Shown: piece by piece, positions 39,348 through 49,518 of the stretch
Numbering within the stretch: the stretch's first letter is position 1
Layout of the letters: every line of letters begins with the position of its first letter
Virus record (IMG/VR): IMGVR_UViG_2693429668_000006
Source: a virus
Lineage: Duplodnaviria > Heunggongvirae > Uroviricota > Caudoviricetes
Direction: 5' to 3' (one strand)
Length of the DNA: 64,000 nt
Notes under the pieces: model-generated
Told to the model about the DNA's origin: nothing
The model's input: the letters and a program-made list of their open reading frames with translations, nothing else
Database searches by the model: none
Translations under genes and position numbers: made by a program

Positions 39348-40094
39348 TTAATCTGCGGGGTTAATCGTTACTGACTTAGTTGCCTTCTTACCACCGCTAT
39401 TGCTGGTGAAGGAGATATTTGTAGAACCCTGCGCCACACCACGTACCAGACCCGTTTGATCTACCGTGGCCTTTTCCTGGTCTTCGGATTCCCAAACACC
39501 GGTTTTGTCTGCGGCATCAGCTGGAGTGATTTCGGCTGTCAGTTGCACAGTTTCTCCAGCTTTTACGGTTGGAGATTCCGGTGAGATCGACACAGTTTTT
39601 ACCGGTTTAGGACCGCTCATTTTGCCCAGAACGCCTTCATCATCCGGGTATGCGCTGAACTGAACAGAGAACACACGAACATCATCAGACTGGTAGGTCA
39701 TAGTGAAGTTGCCCGCGGTTGCCGCTTTCGGGATGGTCAACACATAGTCGGTGGTGTCCTGCGGAGTCAGAACCAGCTCCTTCGCCACATCAATCAGGTT
39801 AACGCCCTGTGCAGATGTGATCGTGACAGAGTTGTCATCTTCGCTCAGAGTAGAACCAGGCATCAGGTCAACCATGTTTTGGAGTACAGACTCAGCCAGA
39901 GGCGCGGTGATGGTAATGTTGCGCCCCTGAACTAATTCGGAAATTACGGTCTGCCCCAACTGATCGACGGTGACTTTCAGCGTTTCAGTGGCTACTTCAA
40001 CCTGAACACCACCTTTGGTGTAACCCAAATCCACACCACCAAACGACACCTTACAGGCACCAAGTTTGATGTTTTTTACATGGGTATTAGACAT
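39348..40094 (-). CDS. major tail protein (lambda V-like) with C-terminal Ig-like (Big_2-type) domain
   Basis: Position before G/T; C-terminal Ig-like segment; start set at ATG 40094 with SD AAGGAG. Confidence 0.6.
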   Translation of the reverse strand: MSNTHVKNIKLGACKVSFGGVDLGYTKGGVQVEVATETLKVTVDQLGQTVISELVQGRNITITAPLAESVLQNMVDLMPGSTLSEDDNSVTITSAQGVNLIDVAKELVLTPQDTTDYVLTIPKAATAGNFTMTYQSDDVRVFSVQFSAYPDDEGVLGKMSGPKPVKTVSISPESPTVKAGETVQLTAEITPADAADKTGVWESEDQEKATVDQTGLVRGVAQGSTNISFTSNSGGKKATKSVTINPAD

Positions 40095-40168
40095 TGATGG
40101 AAAACTCCTTTTTCCGTTAATTCTACGCATTCATTGCGCTAATAGTAAGTATATACTTACCAATTGAG

Positions 40169-40675
40169 TTAATTCAATAAATAGCCAGCAAATTCAACAG
40201 GAATGCCTGCTTCTATTAATGCCCCATCATTTTTGGGATAAATGATTGGCATCGCCATCGGTCGTACAAGTCGAAAATAAACACCACCAGATTCCGTTTC
40301 CTCTACTGGAAACATCTCAATGATTTTATTGGCTTTCTCAACCGTCGTAGTAATTGACGAACCACGCACAATGATTGTGAATGATTCGTGATAAAAGCCC
40401 TGTAGCTCATGATCGATGCTGATACCGGTATTTGGGTTAATAAGCAGGACGCCAGATTTCACATTGGCAGGCAAGTAGTGACAGAAAATATCAGTCCCGA
40501 CCGTGCCAATCTTTGCCTTCTGCATCAAACTTGCAAACGCTTCAATAAACACATTAACCTCTCGTAAAACCGGCTTTTCTGGCAGCCTCCAGAATCGCTT
40601 CTGAGAACTGCTTCTCGCTAATTTCCACCGCTCTTTCCAGAAAGTGTGGCCCAACACGAGGTTTAACACCGGCAA
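40169..40675 (-). CDS. tail terminator-like protein (lambda U position); start uncertain
   Basis: Gene order; ORF track start overlaps upstream gene by about 120 nt, internal ATG at 40525 possible. Confidence 0.4.
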   Translation of the reverse strand: MPVLNLVLGHTFWKERWKLARSSSQKRFWRLPEKPVLREVNVFIEAFASLMQKAKIGTVGTDIFCHYLPANVKSGVLLINPNTGISIDHELQGFYHESFTIIVRGSSITTTVEKANKIIEMFPVEETESGGVYFRLVRPMAMPIIYPKNDGALIEAGIPVEFAGYLLN

Positions 40676-41027
40676 TTGGTGGGTTTGTCACGTTCTTCAT
40701 TCGAGAAAGATAACCGAGTCGGTATTTACCCAGCTCCATGTACTTAGCATAGTCACCTACTTCTACGCCCGGATGCCCCTGACGTGGTTTTGCTCCAGAC
40801 ACAGAAAGCTCAATGCGCAGCCCTGAATAACCTTCTTTAATCACCCTGGCAAAGATAGCTGTCTCCAGAGATCCGGTTTCCAGCGGAGCCATTGCACGGC
40901 TGAGACGCTCAACCAAACGCGCCAGCTTTTCCATGTCCCGGATAAGATATCGCTTAAATGCTTTCTGGCTGTTGTTGAGTCGATTCCCCGCACGTTTGAA
41001 CTGATGCGCATCGTATTTCAGACCCAT
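40554..41027 (-). CDS. tail completion / HK97 gp10-like protein
   Basis: Gene order in head-tail joining block; tentative. Confidence 0.4.
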   Translation of the reverse strand: MGLKYDAHQFKRAGNRLNNSQKAFKRYLIRDMEKLARLVERLSRAMAPLETGSLETAIFARVIKEGYSGLRIELSVSGAKPRQGHPGVEVGDYAKYMELGKYRLGYLSRMKNVTNPPIAGVKPRVGPHFLERAVEISEKQFSEAILEAARKAGFTRG

Positions 41028-41458
41028 ATATTCGCCCCTACTTCAAGATGCCCAGGTCTTCCTCGTAGCCCCCAGCGGCGATGAACACTGGACACCTTTA
41101 ATTTTTGACCTTCAAGGATCAGCACATCATCAAGTTGTACAGCCGCTTCTAAAGGGACAACTAACACAGCATCAAACAGCTCCAGACTCGCCTTACCACG
41201 ACTACCAGAGCTATCAGCACGAACTGACGATTTCTCATTACTCTGTTCGAACTTAACCACGCCGACATTCGTCTTCCTGACGAATTGTAATTGCGCCTCG
41301 CCGTAAACGTTCTTTGCGCCAAAGCGGTAGATCGCAATTTCTGTTTGCCACGAAATATTCATGCTCTCTCTCTGTTGTTGTCGGTCGCTCTCATTACTGG
41401 CCAAAAACCCTTTCGACCAAAAGTAAATAATGCGACTGGCGTTACGCACGGCGAACAA
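41018..41458 (-). CDS. head-tail adaptor-like protein
   Basis: Gene order; start probably at internal Met. Confidence 0.35.
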   Translation of the reverse strand: MFAVRNASRIIYFWSKGFLASNESDRQQQRESMNISWQTEIAIYRFGAKNVYGEAQLQFVRKTNVGVVKFEQSNEKSSVRADSSGSRGKASLELFDAVLVVPLEAAVQLDDVLILEGQKLKVSSVHRRWGLRGRPGHLEVGANIWV

Positions 41459-42275
41459 TCATACGGTTGTTGATGTAACTGACCAGCAAGCGCCAGGTAC
41501 TGCGAGCCACATGAACGTTTGCAGCTTTACCGGTACGGTACATGTTGGTTGTTTCACCGATTGACTCTGACAAAATGCCATCCTCTCGTGCTGCGGCAAC
41601 ATCATTGCCATTTGCGATCTCACACGCTTCGTTGACAACGGCAAGCATCAACGCTTCTTTGAAGTAGTCAGGGAACTCTTCAAACTGCTCCTGCGTCATC
41701 TTTTCCCAATCGACTAAATCATGCCGGTACGCTCCATCTGCTCCCCACGGAATGTCATACACATTCAGCATATTTTGAGGGCGATCGTATCGGTCAAAGT
41801 CGATACGTAGAATTTTGCGGATTGAGAACGGTAAAGTTTTAATTCGTCTGGTAGCCTCAATGAGACGCTTGCGCATTAAGCCTTCACCATCCGACAGCAA
41901 AGTGTCCCCATTCAGCATATCGATCGCCTGCATTTGAGCATCAGCGACAGTTGCAAACGACTGTTCTGGTATCGACAGTTCAAAACTATTCAGCAGAACA
42001 TACATTTGCCGCTCTTCATGCGTCAGACCCGATGCAACAGCCTTCACAATGACGTACCGCAGATCGCGTTCTTTCTCAGAGAGCTGGTTATATTCAGCCG
42101 ACACGACAACCGGAATCGACATTTGACCGCTGGTAATTTCTAGCGGCTCGCCATCAACGAGAATAGCCCCGGTGCTGTCCTTTACTGTGTAGGTAGCAGA
42201 TTCGATATCCAGCACGTTGAAGGCAAATGAAAGGGAAACAGCTTCACCGCTACGATACGAGTCGATCTGCGCCAT
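41442..42275 (-). CDS. hypothetical head-tail region protein
   Basis: ORF track, 277 aa. Confidence 0.4.
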   Translation of the reverse strand: MAQIDSYRSGEAVSLSFAFNVLDIESATYTVKDSTGAILVDGEPLEITSGQMSIPVVVSAEYNQLSEKERDLRYVIVKAVASGLTHEERQMYVLLNSFELSIPEQSFATVADAQMQAIDMLNGDTLLSDGEGLMRKRLIEATRRIKTLPFSIRKILRIDFDRYDRPQNMLNVYDIPWGADGAYRHDLVDWEKMTQEQFEEFPDYFKEALMLAVVNEACEIANGNDVAAAREDGILSESIGETTNMYRTGKAANVHVARSTWRLLVSYINNRMIVRRA

Positions 42276-42709
42276 TACTCACCGCCTTGTGCTTTCAGGA
42301 TGCCTTCAATCATCTCGACAATTCCTTTCGCTTTGACACCAACCTGATTACCAATCACACGTAGACCGGCAATGCCTTCATTGTCTGCAATTGACTCCAA
42401 CTCTTCTCGTGTGAAAGTCTGGATCTGTTTGGCCGGTTCATCTGGTGTCCCACGTTTCATTGGCACAATGTCAGGTGCTGCTGGCTCGGTAATCAGGTCT
42501 GCGGTCAACTCGCCACGATCACTGTATGCGGCAGACGGAGAAACATTTTTGCCCTCGACTGTTGATGCTCGCATTGAGGCACAAATCCTTTGCTGATCGA
42601 TAAAAGGCAACTCCGCTACGGACACCCCGTTCTCGAACTGAACGCCGCACAACATTCCCGAATAACCGGAAAATTGCGGTTCTAATAAAACAATTTTTGC
42701 TGGTTTCAT
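42275..42709 (-). CDS. hypothetical structural-region protein
   Basis: ORF track, 144 aa. Confidence 0.4.
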   Translation of the reverse strand: MKPAKIVLLEPQFSGYSGMLCGVQFENGVSVAELPFIDQQRICASMRASTVEGKNVSPSAAYSDRGELTADLITEPAAPDIVPMKRGTPDEPAKQIQTFTREELESIADNEGIAGLRVIGNQVGVKAKGIVEMIEGILKAQGGE

Positions 42710-42753
42710 AACGCATTCTCTCTACTTGGGCGGCTTTCGCCGCCCAATATTGA

Positions 42754-43674
42754 TTATTCCTGTGCAGCAGTGACTTCTACGGTCGCTGTCGCTTTGTGGC
42801 TACCATCTTGGGTAGTAACCTCGATTGTGGCAGTACCAGCCGCAACGCCAGTTACAACACCGGTTTCGCTATCCACCGTTGCAAACTCGGTATTTTTGGA
42901 TTCCCAAGTAACGGTTTTATTTGTTGCTCCTGCCGGCTCGACATTTGCGGTCAGCTGAACAGTTTTGTTTGCCTCAACGGTTGTGCTATTTGGGTCGATT
43001 TCGACGCCGGTAACAGCCACAACAGGCGCAGTTACTTCCACCGTTGCAGTTCCCTTTTTGCTGCCATCTTGGGAAACGATCTCAATCGTCGCAGTGCCAA
43101 CTTCTACACCAGTAACGTTCCCGCTCTGGTCTACCGTTGCCTTGTCTTCATTTTTGGAAGACCAAGTAACTGCCTTATTCGTCGCATTTGACGGCTGAAC
43201 ATTCGCTTTCAGACTGACTGATTTCCCTTTCTCAACAGAGGTTGAGTCTGGCGTTACCGTTACGGATTGAACGGCTACCGGATTTACGGTGACTTCCACT
43301 GACGCGGAAAGCTGGGTTTCCTGATCAGTTGCGGTAATTTTCACTTTGCCTGGTGCTACGCCAGTTACTAATCCAGTGCCGTTGACGGTTGCAATTTGAT
43401 CATTGGCTGACTTCCAGGTGAATGAACTGGCACTCTTACCCATAGTAATACCTGCACTAAGTTGAACAGTTTTCCCAACCAAAACTGACGGTGAAGCCGG
43501 GGTTATGTTTACGGATTGGGAGAAGGGAACCGCCTGCAAACAAGCAGATAGCTGACTTTGTTGTCGCTCGGTTAAAGGTTCATCGGAGATAGAATTGGTA
43601 AATCCGGCACGGCACATATGCCCCGTAAAATCCGAAAATGCCTCTTCCGTAATCTTCATCTTTTGTTCTGGCAT
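42754..43674 (-). CDS. Ig-like (Big_2-type) triple-repeat protein, probable capsid decoration protein
   Basis: Three repeats of about 90 aa with pattern VT..V.V.P...TV..G.T.QL.A.V.P..AT.K.VTW.S.N...ATVD..G.VTGV..G.ATI; immediately after major capsid gene. Confidence 0.55.
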   Translation of the reverse strand: MPEQKMKITEEAFSDFTGHMCRAGFTNSISDEPLTERQQSQLSACLQAVPFSQSVNITPASPSVLVGKTVQLSAGITMGKSASSFTWKSANDQIATVNGTGLVTGVAPGKVKITATDQETQLSASVEVTVNPVAVQSVTVTPDSTSVEKGKSVSLKANVQPSNATNKAVTWSSKNEDKATVDQSGNVTGVEVGTATIEIVSQDGSKKGTATVEVTAPVVAVTGVEIDPNSTTVEANKTVQLTANVEPAGATNKTVTWESKNTEFATVDSETGVVTGVAAGTATIEVTTQDGSHKATATVEVTAAQE

Positions 43675-43685
43675 TTCTCGCTCCT

Positions 43686-43711
43686 ACAAAAAGGGTGGGC
43701 GTATAGCCCAC
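43686..43711 (-). terminator. rho-independent terminator after major capsid gene
   Basis: Hairpin GGGTGGGC-GTATA-GCCCACCC followed on minus strand by TTTTTGT. Confidence 0.5.
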
Positions 43712-43747
43712 CCTTTAACATAGATAATTACTTATCTACTTCACTGA

Positions 43748-44623
43748 TTAAATTTTTACATTGGTCAGTGCAGCGATAGCCTTATCGTGCTTATTCGCCA
43801 GAGAGCAGTACCACTTCACACGGGTACGTACTGCGTCTTTGTTCTGTACAGTACCAATGTTTTCAACAACGATACCTGCGTTGTCGCCGCCATACAGACC
43901 AGTAACGCCGTTCTCTTCTGACAGATGCAGGCAGTAGATGCTTGCTTTGCCAGAATCGGTCGGGATGAAGTCGTTGATGATGAACGGAACGCCGTTATGA
44001 CACAGCATCGGACGACCGAAGTTCTCCATCATGATTTCAGACGGACCTACGTTTACTGTACGCAGCAGCGCACGGTAAGCACGCAGGTGCTCTGAACGCA
44101 TCATGATGCAGTCAGCACCAAGATCTTTCACCGCATCGACCAGTTCGTCGAACATAGAGAAAGTCATAGATGCACCGGCGATATCGATCTTCTGATCTGC
44201 GTGCATCAGGCGTGGAATGCCGTCAAACGCCTTGTTGTTGGAGCTGGAGTCACCCAAAATCAGGTTGCGACGGAACGCACGAGCCAGACCTTTAACTTTC
44301 TGACGAACCTGAATAGCCAACTGGTTGTTGGTGTCGGCCATAGTGGTCGCCAGGAATTTATCAACGTCTACGTCACCAGCCAGAATACGCAGTTTCGCAA
44401 CGCATTCTTCGAAGGTTGCTGCACCTTCAGGGATGGTGTCGTTAACGTCGATGAAGGTAGCTTCACTCAGCGTTTTTTCACGGTTGTACAGATATGCCTT
44501 TGAATTAATTTTCATAAAAGGCAGGATGGCAAACAGGTCATCGCGATCGATGATAGTTTCGATCACACCCTGTTCAAGTTCGTTGTTAGACAGCTTTTCA
44601 GCTTCTTCACGCAGTAATGGCAT
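43748..44623 (-). CDS. major capsid protein (putative)
   Basis: 291 aa; position after scaffold and portal genes; followed by strong terminator. Confidence 0.55.
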   Translation of the reverse strand: MPLLREEAEKLSNNELEQGVIETIIDRDDLFAILPFMKINSKAYLYNREKTLSEATFIDVNDTIPEGAATFEECVAKLRILAGDVDVDKFLATTMADTNNQLAIQVRQKVKGLARAFRRNLILGDSSSNNKAFDGIPRLMHADQKIDIAGASMTFSMFDELVDAVKDLGADCIMMRSEHLRAYRALLRTVNVGPSEIMMENFGRPMLCHNGVPFIINDFIPTDSGKASIYCLHLSEENGVTGLYGGDNAGIVVENIGTVQNKDAVRTRVKWYCSLANKHDKAIAALTNVKI

Positions 44624-44648
44624 CTATCAATTCCCTTTGATTTAGATG

Positions 44649-45536
44649 TTACTTAAGTCCAATTTTCCCCAGACCGGAGGCCAACTTATCCATAGTCGAC
44701 TTGTTCTTCGGTTGGGATATTGTGTAGGTCGATTTGGAATGTGAGCCTACACCCTGCTTGGCTTCGCTACGCATCAATGCGTCAGCTTCCGGATCTGCCC
44801 GCACAATGCGTTCAATCGCGGATTCAAACGGCAACGGCTTACCTTCACCGTCAACCAGAACAGCTCGTTCTTTGTGACCTGCCGGTTTGTCATAACCCAC
44901 TACGCTACCGTCTTCACCCACTTCAAAATGAGAACCGTAGATCACGCGGGCTTTTGCCGGGGTCATCAGAACTTTGTCACGTAGGAAGAGAGAGTTACTG
45001 AAGGAAGCGCCCACGGTCATCTCGACTAATTGAGATTTCAGTGATGCGTTTTCACTTTCCAGTGCTGCATAACGTTCGTCACGCTGTGCCAGCTCTGCCT
45101 GGTGTGCTTCGATCATCTGTTTTTTAACAGCATCGAACTCACCACGACGCTCCAGTTCAGCTTGCTCCGCCTCACGACGTGCGTTTTCTGCGGCCTGTTC
45201 AGCTTCTAAAAGCTGGCGAGCACGAGCCGGATCGATATCACCGTACTGAGCAAGCTGATCGGCCAATGTGCGCTCTTTCTCTTTGCGCTTCATGTTCTCC
45301 TTCAGCAGTTCAGCACCAGCTTTCTTGGTTTTACGAAGTTCGGCCAGTAACTCTTCCTGAGTCATGCCAGCGTATTCGTCATCGCCCTTCGGCTGCTCTT
45401 TTTGTTCACCCTGTTTGTCAGGATCTTGTGTACTCTGCTCATTATCAGCAGCTACACCGCCAGCGCCTCCACGCTCATGCGCTTCAGCGACATCCATCAG
45501 ACCACGACGGGCCAAAAGCATTTGCCACAGATTCAT
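44649..45536 (-). CDS. head scaffolding protein (putative)
   Basis: Glu/Ala/Arg-rich predicted coiled coil; between portal and capsid genes. Confidence 0.5.
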   Translation of the reverse strand: MNLWQMLLARRGLMDVAEAHERGGAGGVAADNEQSTQDPDKQGEQKEQPKGDDEYAGMTQEELLAELRKTKKAGAELLKENMKRKEKERTLADQLAQYGDIDPARARQLLEAEQAAENARREAEQAELERRGEFDAVKKQMIEAHQAELAQRDERYAALESENASLKSQLVEMTVGASFSNSLFLRDKVLMTPAKARVIYGSHFEVGEDGSVVGYDKPAGHKERAVLVDGEGKPLPFESAIERIVRADPEADALMRSEAKQGVGSHSKSTYTISQPKNKSTMDKLASGLGKIGLK

Positions 45537-45557
45537 AAAAATTCCTTTTGTTACTTA

Positions 45558-47132
45558 TCACTCGTTCTCTTGAGTAGATGAGTCCCCATTCCCTCGGGGT
45601 TGATCTTGCCCGCTTTCTTGGGCTGCACCACGATCATAGGTAAGTACTGACTTATTTTCAAGGGTATTTAGATCATTTTTTGGAGGAAAATTCAAGAGAT
45701 CTTTATCAAATTCCTTTTTCATCGCCTCAGTAATGTTCGGGAAAATCTTCTCAATAAGCATTTCCATCTGGTGACGACGTACAGAGTCCGGTGCCTGAAG
45801 TAATGACAGTTTCTCGGCAACAGAAAATTCATCAGTAAGGCCACGAATATCGAAACTTTCTGGATATGCAATTAAAGAGTGGTCTTCGTCCAGATCTACC
45901 CCCATCCATTTCGCAACCAGTAGCATGATTTGGCGTTCAGCCCTTTCCAGACGCTCTGCTTTTGTGACAAGCAAGCTATTTACACGCTGGAAGTCATACA
46001 TTTTTGCGGCACCAGATGAATTATCGATTCCCTGTGCGTTGTCCTGCTTCGTTCGCTCACCAGCTACACCAACTGAATGGTAGATTTCGTTAATCACCGT
46101 CTTAATCGTAGTGATGATCATCTGAGCTTGTTTCGGGTCTGGTGACAGATAAAACGGCTGGTTTCCACCTTCAGAATCGTAGGTGAAGACTCGCTTTGTG
46201 CCCATTTCAAGCACTTTAGTGTGGTTTTCATCACCAGGTAAAAGCGACTGTACCGGTATAGCCAACTGGCTAAATGTCTGATCCTGAATAATGGCATCAA
46301 GGTTTGACAGATAGTTTGCAACCGCACGATCAAGATAAGCGATATCATCGATCAACGATGGGCTGAAATACGGTGATTCACTTTCTCCAATACAATCAAC
46401 AGGAAACACAGGAACTACGCCGAGATTATGCTCACCGCTATCCTCTAAAATAACTTTTGCCTGACGGCGACCTGCTCCACCAGCGCCCTTCTTCACTTCC
46501 TCACGGAACAGATACCACTCGTTTTGTGTCCACAGACGATAACGTTGGTATTCCTGACCTGTAGAAGTAAAAGGATCTGCGTCATCACGAGCGACTTCCA
46601 CAATTAACGCCCACAACATATTCCCGTCGTCGTCCCATGCCACATCCAGCATTTGCTGAGGTGAAATCCAGTAGGCGTAGGCGCGAGCATCTTTCTTTTT
46701 CTCGTCAGCTACTGACTCAACATCACCACTCATCGTGCTATCGACAACAACCCATATGCGACCGTAAATAGACGACTGCAAATCAATAGCGGCCATAAAT
46801 GAGTCAATAGAGGCATTCTGGCGAGTCGCACGTTTCCAGAAATTGCGGATCTGCTCTGGTGCCTCTTCGATATTTCTATGAATGTCTTCTTTAAAGAGAT
46901 ATTTGTTGATGAGGTTTACCACCTCACGAGTGTGGTTGAAGCGATAAGCACGTTCAACTCGCTCCTTAAACTCCTGATCTCCCTCTTTAAAGTAACGAAA
47001 GATATTGTCTGTAAACCAACCACGCCCGCCAGCGTAAGTGCTGGCGAGGAAGTCCCAATGTTCTTTTTTCTTTTCGTATTCCGGGTGGCGTCGCGCCACC
47101 AGATCCTTAATTTGTTTGTCGTTCAATTCCAT
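45558..47132 (-). CDS. portal protein (putative)
   Basis: 524 aa, immediately downstream of large terminase. Confidence 0.55.
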   Translation of the reverse strand: MELNDKQIKDLVARRHPEYEKKKEHWDFLASTYAGGRGWFTDNIFRYFKEGDQEFKERVERAYRFNHTREVVNLINKYLFKEDIHRNIEEAPEQIRNFWKRATRQNASIDSFMAAIDLQSSIYGRIWVVVDSTMSGDVESVADEKKKDARAYAYWISPQQMLDVAWDDDGNMLWALIVEVARDDADPFTSTGQEYQRYRLWTQNEWYLFREEVKKGAGGAGRRQAKVILEDSGEHNLGVVPVFPVDCIGESESPYFSPSLIDDIAYLDRAVANYLSNLDAIIQDQTFSQLAIPVQSLLPGDENHTKVLEMGTKRVFTYDSEGGNQPFYLSPDPKQAQMIITTIKTVINEIYHSVGVAGERTKQDNAQGIDNSSGAAKMYDFQRVNSLLVTKAERLERAERQIMLLVAKWMGVDLDEDHSLIAYPESFDIRGLTDEFSVAEKLSLLQAPDSVRRHQMEMLIEKIFPNITEAMKKEFDKDLLNFPPKNDLNTLENKSVLTYDRGAAQESGQDQPRGNGDSSTQENE

Positions 47133-47158
47133 TTGAATAACCTTAGATAATTACTTAC

Positions 47159-48415
47159 CTATCGAGAACCACCAAGAATAACACGGTTTTTGACTGGATA
47201 CCTACGATGTACTGGATAGCCCAATGCGTCTGCACTATGCTCAATGCCACCTGTCTTATCCATATCTCGTGTTCCAGGCTTGTAGATGACTTTTTCCAGT
47301 GAATCAATCAAATGCTTGCACTTCGGATCGATATACAGCCGGATATCTCCAGATGCGGTCATCAGCATTCGGTTAACAGCATTAACACGATCCGCAATTG
47401 GCGGGTGCTTTTTCGAATAATCGACACGTAAGAATCCCTTCTCTTTGAATATGTCGACGTCAGACTCCCCGCGAGCATGTTGGCGATAAGCACCTGCCGG
47501 ATCTGGAAATACCGTTATCTGTGATTTCCAGCGCCAGAAGCGTCTCTCAAGCTCATCACAAACCTCTGCCGTGTTAGAGGAAAAGAGCACCAATTCATCA
47601 ATTGCCCATAGCTCACCATTTGGCTGAGGTTGCAAAATTACTGAAGACATCGGGTCAATGTTGAAGTCCTGCCCTACCCATATAGGCAACCGAGGGTTGA
47701 ACTGAAGCGGTTTTACATGCACGTTACGATCGAACGGGTAGTAAACGCGCCCGGACATGTTCTCAAAGCTCGCCAGGTACTCCTGAGCGAACGATTTCGG
47801 GTCCATATCGTTCTTAGCAGCTTCAATTTCCGCCGTAGGTACAAACGGAGAATCGGCAGTTACAAACTGCCAGCTCTTCCACTGTCCCTTTCTTTGCAGC
47901 TCTACGTTCTGGCCTATAGTCCACAGTTTGTGAAATTCCGAGAAGCCTTTTGGCGTACCAATGATCAGTGCACCGCCGCGTGTCGATGAAAGAGTAGGTC
48001 GTAACACCTTGTACCAGGTGTCAGCCTTCATATCCTGAAATTCATCAAGCACTACAAAATGCAACGCTACGCCGCGCAGAGTGTCAGGCTTATCAGCACC
48101 TTTGAGGGCGATCTCCGAACCGTTCTTCAACACGATTGTCATCGTGGTGTCGTTCTTTTTCCTAACCCACTTACGAGGCAGAACTTCCTGTAGATCGTCC
48201 CACAAAATCTGGCGAGCCATCTGGTAAGTAGGAGCGACATACCAGACTCTTTGCTTTTTTTCCTTTGCCGCCGCACGAATAATAGTGGAGATCGACAACC
48301 GGGATTTTCCCCAGCGTCGACCAGCACAAACAACTTTAAATCGATGCGGAGACTGGAAGACTTTCATCTGTCCAGAATGCAGTTGCACAAGACTGAGCGA
48401 GGACGGGATTGCCAT
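47159..48415 (-). CDS. terminase large subunit
   Basis: Walker A VVCAGRRWGKS, Walker B-like HFVVLDEF, C-terminal nuclease-like region. Confidence 0.75.
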   Translation of the reverse strand: MAIPSSLSLVQLHSGQMKVFQSPHRFKVVCAGRRWGKSRLSISTIIRAAAKEKKQRVWYVAPTYQMARQILWDDLQEVLPRKWVRKKNDTTMTIVLKNGSEIALKGADKPDTLRGVALHFVVLDEFQDMKADTWYKVLRPTLSSTRGGALIIGTPKGFSEFHKLWTIGQNVELQRKGQWKSWQFVTADSPFVPTAEIEAAKNDMDPKSFAQEYLASFENMSGRVYYPFDRNVHVKPLQFNPRLPIWVGQDFNIDPMSSVILQPQPNGELWAIDELVLFSSNTAEVCDELERRFWRWKSQITVFPDPAGAYRQHARGESDVDIFKEKGFLRVDYSKKHPPIADRVNAVNRMLMTASGDIRLYIDPKCKHLIDSLEKVIYKPGTRDMDKTGGIEHSADALGYPVHRRYPVKNRVILGGSR

Positions 48416-49047
48416 TATTCGTCCTCCCCTTCACTTCCATCATCTGTCGCATCAAATTCGCTTAGAGCTTCTTCTTCCAACGTCTCAAGCAATTCGTCAT
48501 CGATGATTTCAGGCTCGTCGTCTTCCTGACGTAATTTCGCCACCTGGGAAGGCGTAAGCTCACCAAATACCAGGTTCGGAATTTCTTCCTCGTCATTTTC
48601 CGCATGATCCATGCCCAATGCTTTGGACGAAACTTCAAAGCATTTTGCAAGGGTATTACTGGCTCTCTGTAAGCTCTTGAGAGAATCCTCAATCGCCCCT
48701 AAAGGCTTACCCTCACGTTTGGCCGTAGTGACTTCGACCATCACCATCTGCCCCAACGCATACGCCCAGCCGTCATAACGTGTACGACGTTCTTCTATCT
48801 TTTCCGCACGGGCTTTAGCGCGAAGCTCTGCGTCAGATTTAAGAGACTCACGAACCATCTTCCCAACAGAGTCCGCGCCTTTCTCTAATCCTCGCTTTTT
48901 GAAATGTCTGGAGAGTGTTTCACGACGAATGCCGTACTCTTCCTCCAGCTTTGAGAGTGTATATTCGCCTGACGTCCATTTGGCTTCAGCTTCGGCCCAC
49001 TCCGCTGGTGTCAGGCGAGTTTTTACCTCGTCTTTTTCGACCGTCAT
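48415..49047 (-). CDS. terminase small subunit (putative)
   Basis: 210 aa, N-terminal HTH-like region, acidic C-terminus; start/stop overlap with large terminase. Confidence 0.5.
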   Translation of the reverse strand: MTVEKDEVKTRLTPAEWAEAEAKWTSGEYTLSKLEEEYGIRRETLSRHFKKRGLEKGADSVGKMVRESLKSDAELRAKARAEKIEERRTRYDGWAYALGQMVMVEVTTAKREGKPLGAIEDSLKSLQRASNTLAKCFEVSSKALGMDHAENDEEEIPNLVFGELTPSQVAKLRQEDDEPEIIDDELLETLEEEALSEFDATDDGSEGEDE

Positions 49048-49086
49048 AGATCCCTCTAAAACACACAGAGCGCGTCCATGCGCTCT

Positions 49087-49127
49087 AAAACAACTTGTTT
49101 ACTGCATCTGCTAACCAACTTGTTTTC
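49087..49127. promoter_or_regulatory. two operator-like palindromes (AAAACAACTTGTTT and AACCAACTTGTTTT) upstream of terminase genes
   Basis: Recurring AACAAnTTGTT motif. Confidence 0.4.
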
Positions 49128-49163
49128 TGGGGTGTTTAATTAGGTCTGGCATGTCTTACGAAG

Positions 49164-49218
49164 CCTGCTTCCGTATATATTTAATAAGTTACTTATTATT
49201 TATATATACAGATGCAGG
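49164..49218. repeat. 55 bp imperfect palindrome, related to 17046..17104 element
   Basis: Arms CCTGCTTCCGTATATAT / ATATATACAGATGCAGG around core TAATAAGTTACTTATTA. Confidence 0.5.
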
Positions 49219-49242
49219 TCTTTAAATAAGCTCCCAGACCGA

Positions 49243-49509
49243 TTACATCACCAGTAACTTCGCTTTGGCTCGACCTAAAGTGGTTAACCCAAGAGTCCGG
49301 CGGTGATAGCGATTGTCACTGCGTTGGCGCGTATGCCCTTTCTCCACCAGCCCCTTTTTTATCAGAGCGCGAATTGAGAACTGGATACTTTGCTTGGTTG
49401 TCTTGTACGGCAAAACTTCAAGCAATTCGTCCAGGTCAAGTAGATGACCTCGCTCATAACCGAGATTGAGCGTTTTGATGATGTCCTTTTGTTTGTCGGT
49501 TAACGTCAT
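49243..49509 (-). CDS. small winged-helix-like DNA-binding protein (putative)
   Basis: 88 aa, basic; tentative. Confidence 0.35.
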   Translation of the reverse strand: MTLTDKQKDIIKTLNLGYERGHLLDLDELLEVLPYKTTKQSIQFSIRALIKKGLVEKGHTRQRSDNRYHRRTLGLTTLGRAKAKLLVM

Positions 49510-49518
49510 GGCAAATCC

